Source: Lama guanicoe | Taxonomy: Eukaryota | NCBI GenBank assembly: GCA_013239625.1 | Contig: MU053933.1 | Span: 3,091,817 to 3,155,816, forward strand | DNA length: 64,000 nucleotides | Direction: 5' to 3' | In this document: in pieces, positions 21,036 through 35,199 of the stretch | How positions within the stretch are numbered: position 1 is the first letter of the stretch | How the letters are laid out: each line of letters starts with the position of its first letter | Position numbers and translations under genes: made by a program | Notes under the pieces: generated by a model | Seen by the model: only the letters and a program-made list of their open reading frames with translations | Databases searched by the model: none | What the model was told of the DNA's origin: nothing

Positions 21036-24000
21036 TCTGTGCCGCTGAGCACCCCAGCACTCTGAGGTCCAAGTTCTGTCCGAGGCTGCAGCGCTGATGC
21101 CCTCTGGCCTCAGTTTCTCACCTGTACTTTGAGGCCCCGAGGTTCCTCCCACAGCCCTCGTGCCTGGCGGTCTCCAGCCCAGGTCTGGTTTATTCATCCA
21201 CGCGTCCGTGTTACAAGGCCATTGCCAAAGCCCTTAGAGTACATTCGAGGTGCTTTGTCCATCTAGGGCACAAAGGTGGCCACTGAGAACCTGATTTTAG
21301 CTATAGGATTTACCACCCAGATGCCCGACAGACATATCATCCAGGTTCTGAGTTAACCTGTCTCCCAGGTGGTCGTCGGAGAAACAGGTGCATCTTTAAA
21401 CGTCACAGAACGTTCTGAAACATTTCTTCCTTCCTCTTCATGCCAGCTTCTCTCCCACTGCCTGGTCTGTCTGGCTGGCTTGGTTTCCTCAACGCAGCTC
21501 AGCACGTTCAGCCCGTGGAGCCTGACCCAGTTCCGGGTGCCTGCTGCTGCGCTGTCTTCACCTTTGCTTTGTGTGGAAGGAGGCGAAAACCAATTCAACC
21601 TCCAGGTGCCTGCTTGCGTGAATGGCTGTGACAGGTCATTCGACGTCCTCTCTGGGTCAGGACAGCAGCCGGATGGAATGGCTCCTTCCACACGGCTGGC
21701 ACATCCCAGGCTGCGGTCAAGGGCGAGGCCAGTTATGTAAAGCAGGGCTGCCTGCCCGGGATTCTCCGGGGCCGTGTGGAGGACAGGCCCCCACTCCCCT
21801 GGGCCAGGCTGCAGCGCTCCAAAGGCAGGAGCCCAGCGGCCCCTTACTAGGCCCCCCGCCCAGCCACCCAGCCCTCTGCCCGGCCACATCTGCAGGTGCC
21901 TGCGTGCTCCAAGGTCCAAGCATCTGGCCTCGTGTCAGGCGCAGGACACGGCTGCAGAGGTCGGGGTGGCATCCAGAGAGACAAAAGACCCACAGCCATC
22001 CTCTCAGCTGACCAACTGTTCCCATGAGGACAGAGCCACTGAGCCCCAGCGCTGGCCAGCCCCCCATGCCAGGAGGGGTGGTGCTCACAGCCATGGGTCC
22101 CTGTGCCCCGCACCCTAAATAGCGGGCAGTCACGCTTCCTTCTGCCTTGGCCTTGTCCCTCCCCCTCAGCAGCTCTCTGCCCTGTGTTGGCTTGTCAGCT
22201 CGGCGCCCCAGGTCCCCTCGACCTCCAGCCACCCCTCCTTTATGCCCCCAGGCCCCCGGCTCCTTCTCTGCCCGTGACTCTGTTCCTTCGAGCCCCTCTG
22301 CTCACTCTTCCTTCCTCGTCACGTCTTCAAGGTCAGCCCCCACCCTGCTGTCAGCTCCCCTCACCAGACCCAAGGCCAGGGCCCAGTTCTCCCCAGCGCC
22401 CTCGGTGGCCAAGAGCCGGGCCCTAGGTGGCCGCTACTTCAAGACTGTGAATGCGCCGGGAGCGACGGTGCTTCCCTCTCTGCCCGGGAAAGAGCTGCCG
22501 CGAGCACTGGCTGGGCTGGCAGCGCAGGGTGCACGGCGGGGCTGGTAGCATCCTCCTCCCTGCTGGGCTCCTGACACTGGCGTCCCCAGGACTGAGCGCT
22601 CGGGTAGCACAGGGGCTGGTTTGTCACCACGGGCCAGAGCTTCAGGCATGTGTGTCCCCTGACCCAGAGTGATATCCACAAAGAATAGTCCAAGGCAGTA
22701 AGACAGGGACAGAAAGAGGTCCTCCCAGAGATTATCGGCGAAGGCTTGTTTGACGCGACCGTTCAGAACCCGGGGCTCAGTGATTGCAGCCAGCTGTGTT
22801 CTCATGCCTGCAAATGCATAGAGTTACATGCATAACATTTTATGCGTAAAATAGATTATACGGGGGATTTGATCACTACCGTGCAGACTTAATATAGTGA
22901 CGTAGAAAAACACTTCACGTACAGTGTCAAGTGAGAAAAACAGGACAAATGTGGGTGGCTTGGTCCTGTTTTTGTTAAAAAATACAGACACGCACCTACT
23001 GGGAAGGAGTGTGAACAGGTCGCCCTCAGAACATGCCACTGCGACTGCTGGTCTTTCTGGGAGGTGATGTCGCAGGGTTTGCACACGTGTGTTTCCCCCT
23101 TTCCCTGTAACGAGCCGTCAGGCTGTCGTGGGCAGTGGACCTGCGGCCTCCCCCTCCTCCAGGCACCTGTGTCGGCATCAGGAAGGGCCGTGCTCTCTGG
23201 CCCTCCCAGCGGGCACCGACGCCATCCTGCCCGGCGCGTGCTCGACCCACCGCCAGCGAGCCCGCTCGGCACCCGAGTGCCGCCACTGCCTGCCAGGTGC
23301 TCTTCTTCCTTTGCCTGCACCTGATCTCGTGTGAGGTGGCGAGGGAGGGGGCGATGGCCCGGGCAAAGGGTGGCCTTCTAGTGCTCGGCGGCAGGTGCCC
23401 GTTCTGAGGGGGCAGCTGCGTTCCCCACGTCCCCTCGCAGGCCCGGGGGCCCGTCCGTCTCTCCACCCAGACCAGCGCCCGCCGCCAGGCTTGCTCTCGG
23501 CGTGCATGCACACAGCAGTGCCCAGCCGGTGCGCGCGCTGGCTCTCAGGCTGCGCCTGCATGCTCTCGGCCACAACCAGGAGAAAGCGGGGAAAGGACAG
23601 TTTGCACCGGGTGCCCTTTCGGGCGCCTCATCCTGGTGAGGACTAGCTCCGGGCGCCCGTCTGCGGGCAGACGGCAGGCTGCGGCCGCAGCCACTCGGGT
23701 CTGCAGAGCTGCGGTTCCACTAACGGCCCTGAAGTGCGGCCCCCCCTTTTCCCAGGGCTTAGCTGCTGCGGCCAATGTCCCGCAGGCACGCCGATCTGTG
23801 CGGTGGCCCCTGTTGGGGGAAGGAGTCATTGAAGTGACAGCATCCGCCAGGCGCACCCCTCCAATGGAACAAGGGGAGCTGGGCGAAAAGTAGGTCACAT
23901 GTGCCTGGTCCCATGTCACGAGGTTTCCAACCTGAGGCCAATAGGATCTGCAGCCTCCTTTGGTTTAGAACAAAACCCCACTCTAATTTTTCTCCTTTAG

Positions 24001-27000
24001 CACTTTCCTCTCCTCTAAACGGGGAGGGTGACCATCTGTCTGAGAGCCACGTCCCTCCGGCCCTGCCCGACCTCGCGGAGTGGCTTTGTTCTGAGGTAAG
24101 GGGCTGCTGCGGCCCGGCGAGGCTGCACGGCCAGGAGAGGGGCTGAGGCCACGCGGAGCCCGACGCGTCCAGGGCTGCCCGAGCTGTCGGGGGACGTGTG
24201 GGAGGACCTGCTGCAGCCCTGCCCTGCGCTGGCCAGAGCGGGGCCGTGGGAGCCTTGCCAAGCGTTCCAGACGTTTGCGTGATGGTGTTCGCATCAGGTC
24301 CTCAGCTCTGACAACATGGCTGCTTTGTAAGGAGAAGGTTGACTATTGCTAACATGGTCACGTCAAAGAGGTGTTGTGCAGAAAAGGGACGTGTGATCTT
24401 CAGGTGCCAGTAGCCAGTGCTCCTCGGTAAGGGTGGGAGCAGGATCCTGGTTCTCGGAGAGTCATCCCCGGGGCTGGGGCCCGCGCCCCCTGTGGACCAG
24501 CGCCTGTGTCTGAGCATGAGACCTCGGACACGAGAGGTGAGCCATTGGCTTCCGCCTGCTGAAAGCACCGCGAGGTCCACGCACAGGCGTCGGGGTGGTG
24601 TGTATGTGTCGTGAGTGCGCGGGGACTGTGTGCTTTTGGAGCTGGATGCTTGGATTGAGAAATAACGTCGTTCTGTCGTCTCTGGGAAGGGGAATGTGGC
24701 TCCTCCGTGACGAGGCAGATGTGGGGTGTACAGTTCTGTAAGAGTGTTTGTAGAACTGACGTGTGCTTTGTGGCTTGTAGACGACAGAATCTTGTTTTCT
24801 TACCTGTCCTGGAAGTGAATTGGGGTGCTCCATTAGTCCGGGATTTCTGACGGACGCATTTTACAGGTGGCGAGTAGAACAGAAGGTGTTTGCAGTGTCT
24901 GTGTTGTGGGCTGGCCGCTGGTGCCGCCTTTAGACGAATTCGTTGCTCTTGGATTTTCTGGGAAAAAGTGTTTCCAGAAGTAGTTTGCTAGAAACCAAAG
25001 TCCTATTTGGTTCGGGTATGTTCTACTGGAGAAAACGGCTTTGCCTTTCAGAAACAAAACATTTTAAGTTTCTGTCCCAACTGGCTTTCCGGGAAACGTG
25101 GGTCCATGGGCAAGTTCATAGACATGAACGTGGGCACTTTAGATTATAAATTACTCCACATTTGAGGTGTGAAAAATAACAGTTGCACCCTTGGTAACAA
25201 GATAAGATTTTCCTCTCCTTGAAAGGAAGCCCTTACGGGAACAGAGGCGCATCGGGTGATGCCCAGCCCTCCAGCTGCAGCCTCGGAGGGGTCTCATGGA
25301 GTGTCTCTCAGGGGCTCTTACCCACTTTGCAGTCTTGAAGAGGGAAGTTTCTCTACTGTTTCATTAAGATAGGGCAGGACATTTCAATATTTTTTGTACT
25401 TATGGTCCTAAATGCTTCCTTTTGGCCTGGGGCGCGTGCCCAGGACATCAGTGCAGGTTTCAGCCCATGTCCTCCCCGTCCCTCCTGACGTGCGTCCCCT
25501 TGGCGGGGGCGATCAGCCTCAGTCCGCGTGTGGTCTCCAGTTCGCGCGTGCTCGTGTTCATGACACTAACCCGCACCCCTCGCTGGCCCTGGGGCGTGAG
25601 GACTGGCAGTACAGCCTGCGGCTGGCCAGTGCTAGGGGCATTTACTTTCCCTTGTTTATCAGCGGAATGGGTGGTCGTTTTTCCAGAAACAGCAGTCTCA
25701 GAAGAAGCAGCTCTCGCTCAGAAGAACGCCCCTCGCGAGCTCCTGACGTGGGCCTGGCCGACCCTGAAGACTCGACACTTTCCTCCTGCCTCACTGAGGG
25801 GGCTGCAGGGGCCGCGGGAGGGGCCGGGCCTGGCTGGCTCCCGCGCGCCCCGGCCGCACCTGCAGCGCTCGGCTCGGGTGGCGCTCTCTGGCCCTGAAGA
25901 AGGAGGCAGAAACCCGCCTGCCAAGAAGCGCCTGTCGCTGGGCGCGGCAGCCTCGAGAGGACTTCGGGTCCCCAGCACCCGCTGCTGAAGCCTTTGAAGA
26001 GCTGTCTTCATCCTGGCCAAGGAGGGGGCTCCAGCGGTTGGGCGCGAGGACCAGCGCCAGTGCTGTGACCCGGAGCCCCCGGCCTTCTCGGCTGAGCTGG
26101 TGCACAAGGGAGGGCAGCCCCGGCTTCCATCTTTGAGTGTCGACTGCGCTGTGTGCGTGAACAGTGCCGGCCGTGGCTCTGCGAGGGGGTCCTGGCCTGC
26201 CGCCCCCGAGAACTCTCTGGAGAGGCACATTCTCCTCTACTTCCCCCCGCCGAACTCCGGGCTGGGGCTCGTTCCGTGATCCCCAAGACCTTCGGGGTGG
26301 CGCTGGTGTCTGTATGAGTGCGAGAGCCACAGGCGCGCGGGGCTGAGTTGGGATGAGAGGGTCCCACCCGGCACCAGTGCCTCAGGTCAGACGTGAAGCT
26401 GGACCATGGGAGCCTCGTGGTGTGTTTCAAGTTGGACACACGTGTGACCCGGGCACCTCAGCGTCTCTTTTGAGTTGGCCGCAGGCTGCTCCGTCAGTGC
26501 CCTTCCTGCCTGGAGACCCCACTGCTAATGGCATTTTTGACAGCGCCCAGCGCCCCACCACCAACCCAGCGCCCCACGGAAGCCCGAAGGGAAGGGGCTG
26601 GAGGAGGGGCGGGGAGAGGGGCCGGGGAGGGTGGCCCCGGGCCTTCTGCCGGGCGGTCGGGGCAGGAGGACAGGATGCCGGCGACACAGGGCACCGTCGT
26701 GTCCAGGCAACTCGGGACAGCCGGGAGCAGATGCGGAGCCCAGAGAGACAGAGGCCCTTCTGCTGAGGAGGGTCTCACTCCTGAGTGTGCGGCCCCCACA
26801 CTGAGGTGCTGGGGGCGGGGGGAGGGGTGCGTCATTCAGAACAATCCAGAAGAAGGCAGGAAAGGAGAGGAAGGGCAGCCTGTCTCAGAACCCACTGCTG
26901 GGCCAGCCGCGGAGCCTCAGCAACCGACGTGGAGGAGTCACGTCTGGGGGGGGTTCTGTTTTGTTCACTTTAATAAACACGGTGTTTGAATCAGTGGCAG

Positions 27001-30000
27001 CAGAGGGACTATTCAGCAAATGGTGTTGGGTCCATCGGGTATTTATTTTAAAAAGCCGGACACCAAACACAGATGTCCCTGAGACCAGATAACGAGCTGA
27101 AGGGTTCATGGAAGATGGACGGTTTTTTCCGGGCCCGGCCCTCAGCAGGCACACGTCCCGCAGGCACAAACAGAGTCACACGCCTGAGAGCAGCCAGGCG
27201 CCTGGGGTTGCGGCAGCAGCAGCAGCAGCTGGGCAGTGGCCTGCGGCCAGCCACGCCGGGACCAGGACGGACAGGCGGCCACAGTGAGCGGGCAGCGCTG
27301 GGGGAGCAGGACAGCGCGGAGTTGTGCCTGAGGGAGGAGCCGGGTGCGCTGCAGGCCTGAGGGCGGCGGGCCGGGGAGGACAGCCCCCCAGGGCCACATC
27401 CCCATGGGGCTGAGTGCAGTCCTCACCCCAAACTGGGGCCGATGCTCAGTGACAGAAGGGTCAGCCTTGTGTGACTGTGTTCACGGGTGGAGCCCCATCA
27501 ACACAGGGAGGGCAGACACGGAGCTCAGGCGACCTGAGGGTCGGCACTGGGGAGGGGGGAAGCCACCCCCAAAGTGCGTGCTGGGCACAGGAGGGCCGCG
27601 TGCTGGTCTGGCCGGGCTCACCCCGATGCGAGTTGTCCCTCGTGGGTGGCGGCCACACCCCTGGCAGCTGTGATTTAAGATGTGCCCGCTTCACAGCCTC
27701 CCCCTCCGCACCATGAAGTCCAGTCAAGAACACGCGCTGTCGCATTGATGCAGAACCAAAGGTCATGGGTGTCCGTCTAGAAATGCTCACCAGGCCCAGC
27801 GACGGCGACCCTCCCGGGGGCTGGGGGTGGGCTTCAGGGCTGCACTGAGGCAGGCTTCTCAGAGCCCCTGGGGTCCGGTGTCCCAGCTGCAAGGGTCGCC
27901 CCCCCAACTTGCCCCTCAGCAGGGGCCATTCTGCCACCGTCTGTTTTTCCTTTTTATTCTGTTGTTTTAGTTTTTTAAAAGGATTCTGCTGTTATTACAA
28001 ACAAATCTTTTAAAAGTCACTTGTCTGGGTGACCAAGAAACGTGTTTCTTCGACTTTCTGAGATTTAAATTGCCCCAGAGCCTCCAGTGGGGGCACGTGG
28101 GTGCCTGGATAGCTGGTGTCAGCTGGTGACACCTGGGCTCCAGAGCGCCTGTCCTGCTCGCCTGAACCCTGGCTGTGTGCACAGCGCCTGCCAGCCGACC
28201 GCCCGGCACAGAGGCTCGCCCGCGCCCCCACCCCGTCCCCTGCCCGGTCCCCTGCCCCAGCGCAACCCCCGCCCCGGCCGGGTGCTGGGGAAACCGGGAG
28301 ACCCCACCGCAGTTTCTGGTCCTGCCGCCGCACGTCCTCGTCTCATGGAGCCCTGCGACCGCTTCTTCCCCGCAGAAGGCGGCAGGACCAGGTTGGGAAA
28401 CCTGGTCCCACTTGGCGGTTCTGCCAGGTTACCTGCGTGCGTTGTGCCCGGACAGAGCTGCCACTGTGCGTCTGGGGAGGTGGGGACCCGAGCCCGCGTG
28501 CCCTCCCCGGCCGGTGCCCCCCCACCCCCGGGCACGCGCTCGGGGGAGTACACCCAGGCTTCTAGGGAGGGACTCCCACTGGCCGTGCACGCTTGCGGGA
28601 TTAACGGGTGGTGGAGGATCGAAGCTGGGGGATTAGGTCCTGGGAGTGACTGCTGGGGGCGGGGGCCTCGCAGGGCGATTCTGCCCGTGGTGCTGCTTCT
28701 GTCTGGAGGCCTGGGGAGCCTGTGTCCTTTCAGGACAGAGAAGCCGCCCTCTGGATAAGAGGACCCCATTGCCCTCACCTGGGCTTCCCCTTGAAGACAC
28801 CACCCGGGAGGGGGCCCGGCTCCTGGGAGGGCCGCTTCCTCGTGTTTCTGGGCCCTCTCTCCCCGGGCCTCCTGCCTCCTGCCGTCAGCGTCCCTCTAGG
28901 ACGCGATCCCCGTCAGTGGGGCCTGAGGCCGCCCTCCACCAGCTCTGCTCCCGCCCCCCCCACAGACGCCCCCTGCCTGCCCTCCAGGCGGCACTGCAGA
29001 AGGAGTGGGGGCCGCCCCGAGCAGGTCGTAGGGGTGGGGGGCGGCCTCCTCGAGCGAGCTCGTGGGAGGCGGGATTCCCAGGACGGCCCCCCCCCCAAAG
29101 CCCTGGTCCAGAGAGGGAGGGCGGCTCTGGAGCACTTCTCTGGGGGCTTTTTCCGGGCGATCCTGGACGGACTCAGCCACGCCTCCTGCCCAGGGTGCAA
29201 GCCTGCACCCAGGGCCGCCCCCCCAGCAGGCGCAGGAGGAGGGGCTGAGGTCTCTCTCCGGGCCCCACGTTAATAAGGGAAGGCGTGTGCTCCTGCCTGT
29301 GACAGGCGCCCTGAGGGAGCACTCCTCAGATCCTCCGGAGCAGAGGCAGCCCCCACCTGCCTTTTCCTTCCTGAGCGCTGCGTCTTAGTTCTCCTCAGAG
29401 GTGTCTTGTGTCATGGTTATCTAAAATCATTCTCTGATTCCCATTTTTCTTGGTATAAATTACCATCTATGTCCCTTTGTTATAAAAAGCTGGAACCCCC
29501 TAGTATAAGATGGTCCCCAAGGCATGGGCTTAAAACCAGTGCTTCGCTTTTTGGGGTCAGTGACCTTGACCTTACTTGAGGTGTTTTGTCTGCCCACTTT
29601 GACCAGGGACGGCAGTACAGGTGTGAGCAGTGCCTCCCAGCACCTGCAGCGTGAAGGTCCTCGGGCTGAGCCCAGTTCCCCACGTCCCTGCTGTGAGGTC
29701 GCAGCTCCCCGCCCCCGCCCCCTCCCCCGCGCCCCCTGCCCCGCACCCCACCTGTGACATGGGGCGGAGCCTCCGCGGGGCTGTGGGGAGGACTGTGCCT
29801 GTCACACAGAACACATCGTATATTGTTACTTTTTGTGTGATAATTGGGTTTCTCCTTTCATTTGTTCATCACATGGACAGAGTTCCCGACATTAAATTAT
29901 CCATCTGTTCCAGGGATGAACCTCGTTGAGGTGCTGTGCATTATTAGTCTTCCAATGTTGCTGATTCTGCCTCTTAGTATTTGATTCAGAACTTCTAGCT

Positions 30001-32229
30001 GATCGGAAGCTGGCACCGCTGGCTCACAGCACGGGTGGCCAGCCTCACGGGCGGGACCAGTTTCCCCAGTGAGGTGTGGGCCGCGTGCGGGAAGGCGGCT
30101 GTGCCTGCCTGGGGGGCTGGGGGCAGCTCTGCCTGGACCACCTCCCCGGTACTGCGCACCTGGCTCATCGTGGTGTCCTGGGGGGCGCCCAGCACACACA
30201 CGTGTAGTCGGTCAGGTCCCAGTGACAGACACATAGGCACCTTTGAGAGCAGACGGTGGGGTCGACTCTGTCCCTGCTGCCCCCTCCCCGCCAGCCTCCC
30301 TCAGGCTGCACTGGCCGAGTCGCATGGCATCAGAAAACTCTGTGTTCAGGTACGGGGGCCGGCAGAGGGCAGGTCCATGAGGCCCGAGGAGGATGGCTCA
30401 GTGTGTCGGCCCTTCTCTCCCACGTCTCCTGACCAGACTCGCCCACCCTCCTTCCTGTCGCCTCACATCCAGGCCCTTTTCCCCTTCACGTCTCCTTGAC
30501 CCTGAGGCCGTAAGAATCTCTCTTTCGCTTCTGAACTCTGGGCTCTCTGACCTTCCTGGAGCGCTCGTCTTGGGGGTGAGGGAGGTGTTGAGTGTTGACT
30601 CGGCCTTTTGGACGGCCTGCAGCCCGATTTCTCCACCAGCTTGGGCGCTGGAGGGCGATGGCTGCTCCTCCGTCCTGTGTCCCCAACACAGGCACCTGAT
30701 AGGAACTGAGGTTAGATCACATGTCCCTGCCATGCTTGGCCTCCCGCTGTGGCCGGAGGGTCTGGGGAATATAAAGTGTGTGCAGACGCTGGAGCCTGAG
30801 ACGTCGGGGCTCCATGACCGCTGGCCTCGGGAGCATCAAGTCCACTCCCAGGTCGCTCTGCGGGGGCGGGGGTCAGGCCCCAGGGAGTCCTGCCATCTCT
30901 GTAGCAGAGATGTTATTCATTCTGAAACAGGTTTTTGGAACGGTTGGAACTTTTGTAAGCCGCATTTCCTGGCGTAGGGGACACCCTAGACCCTGGGCGC
31001 ACTCCCAGATGTAGGACAGGACCCTCGCACCCCCGGGTGAAGCCCACGCCCGCCAGAGAGAGAAGCCCCACACTCTGTGCGTAGCCCGTGGGGCAGGGAG
31101 GGAGGTGAACCAGCTGCCGGCTGCCCAGCCCAGGACTCTTGTCTGCCTGGACGCTTGTCCGTCTGGACACTTGAGTGACGAGCCCGCAGGCCTTGTGCGG
31201 TGCTCACTGAAGTCAGCTTGTGTGAAGTCAGCCCCGCACGTCTTTCTAACGTTCACCGTGACCAGCAAGAGCGTTTCCCTGCAGAAGCTCCTCTCCCGCC
31301 CCGGCCTCAAGGACACAAGCTGCATCTCTCTCTCCGGGAGCACAGGGGAGGGAGGCGCTCCCTGGGCCTCTGCCGTCCTGACTCCTGCAGCTGCCGGGGC
31401 ACCGAGCTGTTAAACAGGATAAATCAAGTGCGTGCGCGTCCCCCGAGGTCCCTTCCCCGTCCTCTGCCCGGCACAGCTGAGGCCCTGGGTGCGCCCTGGA
31501 CACAGCGCAGCCAGCGGGCCACTGCGGAGCTGCTTGCTGCAGCCTCACGTGGCCTCGGATGGCGGTTGCTGGCAGGACTTCAGCCCCCGTCTCTGGGCGA
31601 GAGAGGTCGTGTTGGAGAGAGCAGGCCGGCGCACCCAAGGGAGGGGGTTGTGTGACAGCTCCACAGACAGCTGTAAAGGCGCTTTCACGGCGCTGTGAAG
31701 TCCGCTTCCCCGCCCCGCCCCCCCACCCCGAGAAATGCCTGCGCCCCGGACATTGCACGCCGCTTTCACACACGGGTCTCTTCCCTTCGAGTCTGAAACA
31801 GACGCTCTCACTGGTCACGTTTGACTGGCGTGAAGTAGAGTTTAGCCATCTGGTGGTCAGGAGCGTGGGCCCTGGAAGCAGCTCGTGGCCCTTCAGCTTG
31901 GACCCCCCTGCGCTCGGGCAGCGGGGCCGGAGTCAGTGAGAGCCTGTGCGCCGCGCGCGCTGTTTGTCGCTGCAGCTGCTGTCATAGCTGCACATCTCAC
32001 TGTGATGAAATTTATTTTACTACAATTCTTTTGATTTGAATATTCCTTTAAAAAATAATGATTGGGAAATCTGTTTTATCAGCATTTAACTAAGTACTGG
32101 TTAGAAATGAATTTTGCCCTTTTAATCAATATGAAAGAACAAATGAGGTTTTGGTCCTGAGTAAAGCAGGAAGCTTCCCCCACCAGCCAGCGTCCTGGTT
32201 AATGGCGAAGGGCTGGTGCCCCCCGTCGT

Positions 32230-33900
32230 CGACGAGATCCGCTCTCAGCACCCCTGCTGCACAGAGGGCACAAGTTCTAGCCAGCCTAGCAAGCCAAGAA
32301 GAGAAAATACAAGGCACGCAGATTGGAAAGCAAGAAAGAAACCTGTCCCTATTTGTAAGTGACATGTCTACGTCGCAAATCCCACTAGGGCTGCAAAGAA
32401 ACCCTGGAGCTAGTGGGCAGGTTTGTTGCTGAGAATGCAAGGTCTGCACAAAAGCCAGTGACCAGAATTCAAAACGTACCGTACACAGGAGCTCCAGAGC
32501 GGTACGTGCTCGCTGTGTCTAACCGAATATGCACGCGATTTGTGTGCTGAAGTCTAGAGCATGCCGATGAGAGAAAGCAAAGGCCCGAATCCGAGGCCTC
32601 TGCGTCCGCAGAGCGGGACCCCCACACGACAGTGGGCTGAGCGCTTCCCCAGCGCAGGGTCCACGCGGGTCCTGTCCAGGCCCCAGCCGGCATGCTTGTG
32701 GATGCAAACGATGGTTTTTCAATTTACGTGAGACCACAAAGGAGAGTTTTGAAAACAAATACAGTTGGAATAATTTTAAGTCATCATAATTGTGCCGTGA
32801 AATGGACACTGTGGAATTGGTGGATAGATGGGCACCTAATAAACCAAACAGGGTGGAGTCCAGACCACAGCCACATACGTGGGGACAGCTGATTTTTAAC
32901 AAAGGTGACAGAACAGTTTCAATATAGAAAGGGCAGTCTTTTCAAAACACGGTGTTGAATCGGTTGGGTAATGCACGGAACAAAACAAAACAAAACAGCC
33001 TCGACTTAATCGTCTCACCTGAGCCATGATTGATGCAAAACGGATCAGATACCTGAATGTAAAATCTGCGATGATGCCCTGCTTAGGAGAAAATACAGGA
33101 GAAAGAGGCCCATTCAGCAAAGAGAAAAAGTTTAAACCAAAGTCGTAAGAGATAAAACTGAGAGCTGGTGCTTCAACACAGTTAGCAGCATTGGCTTCAT
33201 GAAAGGCTCTGTTAAGACGTGAAAAGACAAACCCGAGCCTCGCACGCCCAGCAAAGGGCCATATCCACAGCGATCTCCACGGTGAGAAAACAAGACAGCC
33301 GCTTAGAATACGAGCAGAAGGCCTGAACACCCTTCTCCGGACAGGACAGATGGGCGGGGGGCATGCACCTGAACAGGCATTCAGCGTCGCTAGCTGTTGG
33401 GAGAAGGCAAATTCGGCCAGCAGGAGACGTCACGGCCGCCTGCTGAAACGGCTGCAGTGGGGCGCTGGCCACCCCTGGGGATGGGAAACCGTGCCTCTGC
33501 TCTGGCCAGTGGTTTGCCAGTTTCTTATGAAATTAAACTTAGAGTTAACGTGTGACAGTATCCACAGTCCTTGGTGTGAGCCACAGAAAAATGCCAGTGT
33601 GCTCACACAGCACGCGCACTCTGTTGTCGCCAGCTGCTTCATTTGTAATCCACCAAATCGGGAGTCACCCCAGCTGTCCTTCCCCGGGTAAGTGGGTACA
33701 CCAACTGTGGGGCAGCCGCAGTGGGACGCTGCCGGGACAGAGACCAGCAGACTTCCACTCCGTGCAGCGACTTGGGTTCAAGACCACCGGAGTGTGGCTG
33801 TGCTGAGCACGTTCGTTTGATTGGGTGTGTGTCGTTCTGGAGCCGACAGAACTGTGGTGTGGACCAGGGTGGGCGAGGGAGAGTGACTGACTGCAGAGGG
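32230..33900 (+). mobile_element. Old L1 ORF2 (RT to 3' end), sense, degraded
   Basis: EEKIQGTQIGKQERNLSLFVSDM matches L1 [23 protein letters not shown]. Also ctgatttttaacaaaggtg...gtcttttcaa and agtttcttatgaaattaaac. Confidence 0.85.
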
Positions 33901-34149
33901 CGGCCCCCAGAGCTCGCCGCAGAGATCCTGCTCGTGTGGGTGGCTCGGGAGATCTGCACACGTGACCAGGTTTCGTGGACCTGTGCGCCGAGAAAGGTGC
34001 CTGTGGATACGGCAGCCCTGGGTGGTGCCGCGCCACAGACTCGCGACATGGAAGCCACGTGAAGGGCCACCGCAGCTGTGTTATCTTTGCAGCCGCTCAT
34101 GGATCCAAAATTATTTCAGAATTGTGCACACATGTATAGTGCACATACA

Positions 34150-35100
34150 CAGACGTTAGAGTTGACAGTTATTAAATCTGCAAAGATAAAAAGTAAATTG
34201 TGCAAACAGACCAATTAAAAGTAAGAGATGATCAGAATGAAAAAAAAAAAAAGCCAGAGCAGTCTGTGTGCATCCAGCAAGGCAGCGTGAAATGTAATAC
34301 TCATGTCCGGTTAAAGGTTAAAGACAGAGAAAGACGTGTCACGTGAACACTGGTGGCCACAAGAACACCAGATGAAGTAGACTTCAGGACGAGGACCAGG
34401 GTGAGGAAGGACCTTGCGTGAACATGAAACCATCGTTCACCAGGAAGACACATCAGCCCAGGTGTGCACACATCGCATAACAGAGCCTCACAACACTGGG
34501 AACAAAACCTGGCGCTGGGGAGAGACGGACAAGTGCGTGACTATGTGGAGGTCTCAGCTCCACCTGGTGCCCGAGGGGACGAGGGGACGGGCAGTCGTCC
34601 GGGCTGAGACACCCGGACAAGCACAGCCCACCAGCAGCTCTGACGGTCCTTGCAGGACACCCAGCGCCCTGGGGACATGTTTGTGGGCACGCAGGGTGAC
34701 CCCAGGTGGACCACATTCTGGGTGAGAAATAACACCCAGTGAGTCCAACACAGTCGACGTCACAGAGAGTACATATTCTGAGTAGCATGAAATTAAACTA
34801 GAAGTTAGTAACCATAGGTAACAAAGTTTTCCAAATACTTGAAAGTCGAAACACAGATCTCTAAGTAATGTGCTGGTCAAAGAGGAGGCGCCAGGGAATT
34901 CAGGACATATTTTGGAATATTAGGAACTAAACACATGATAAAAGCACGTCTACGTGTGTCGGGCACACGCAGGGCAGCACCTCCAGAGGAACCTCAGGCA
35001 TGAGCTGCTGACGCGGGAAATCCCTCGAGTTACCGAAGCCCGAACCCAAAGAAACGGAAAGCAAAGGAGAAGGATGCTCTCGGCAGCCGGCGCGCCTCCA
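34150..35100 (+). mobile_element. L1 endonuclease-region fragment, sense
   Basis: ccaattaaaagtaagaga..., gacttcaggac..., gaaattaaactagaagttagtaacc...ccaaatacttgaaa. Confidence 0.7.
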
Positions 35101-35199
35101 GGGAATCGGACGAGGGAGAGAGGCCAGTCCCCGGCTTGCACACACCCTGCTGGACTCCACGTACACAGCGTTCTTGAAATGACAGGATTTACAGAAATG

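Noticed and set aside
26588..26640. G-quadruplex-capable G-runs (also elsewhere, e.g. the C-run at 29705-29752)
   Set aside because: Very common at this GC content, and nothing distinguishes these.
27212..27228. Short CAG run
   Set aside because: Only about five units, intronic and unremarkable.
31995..32130. Possible C/D snoRNA (GTGATGA in an AT-rich intronic patch)
   Set aside because: No suitably placed CTGA D box or terminal stem.
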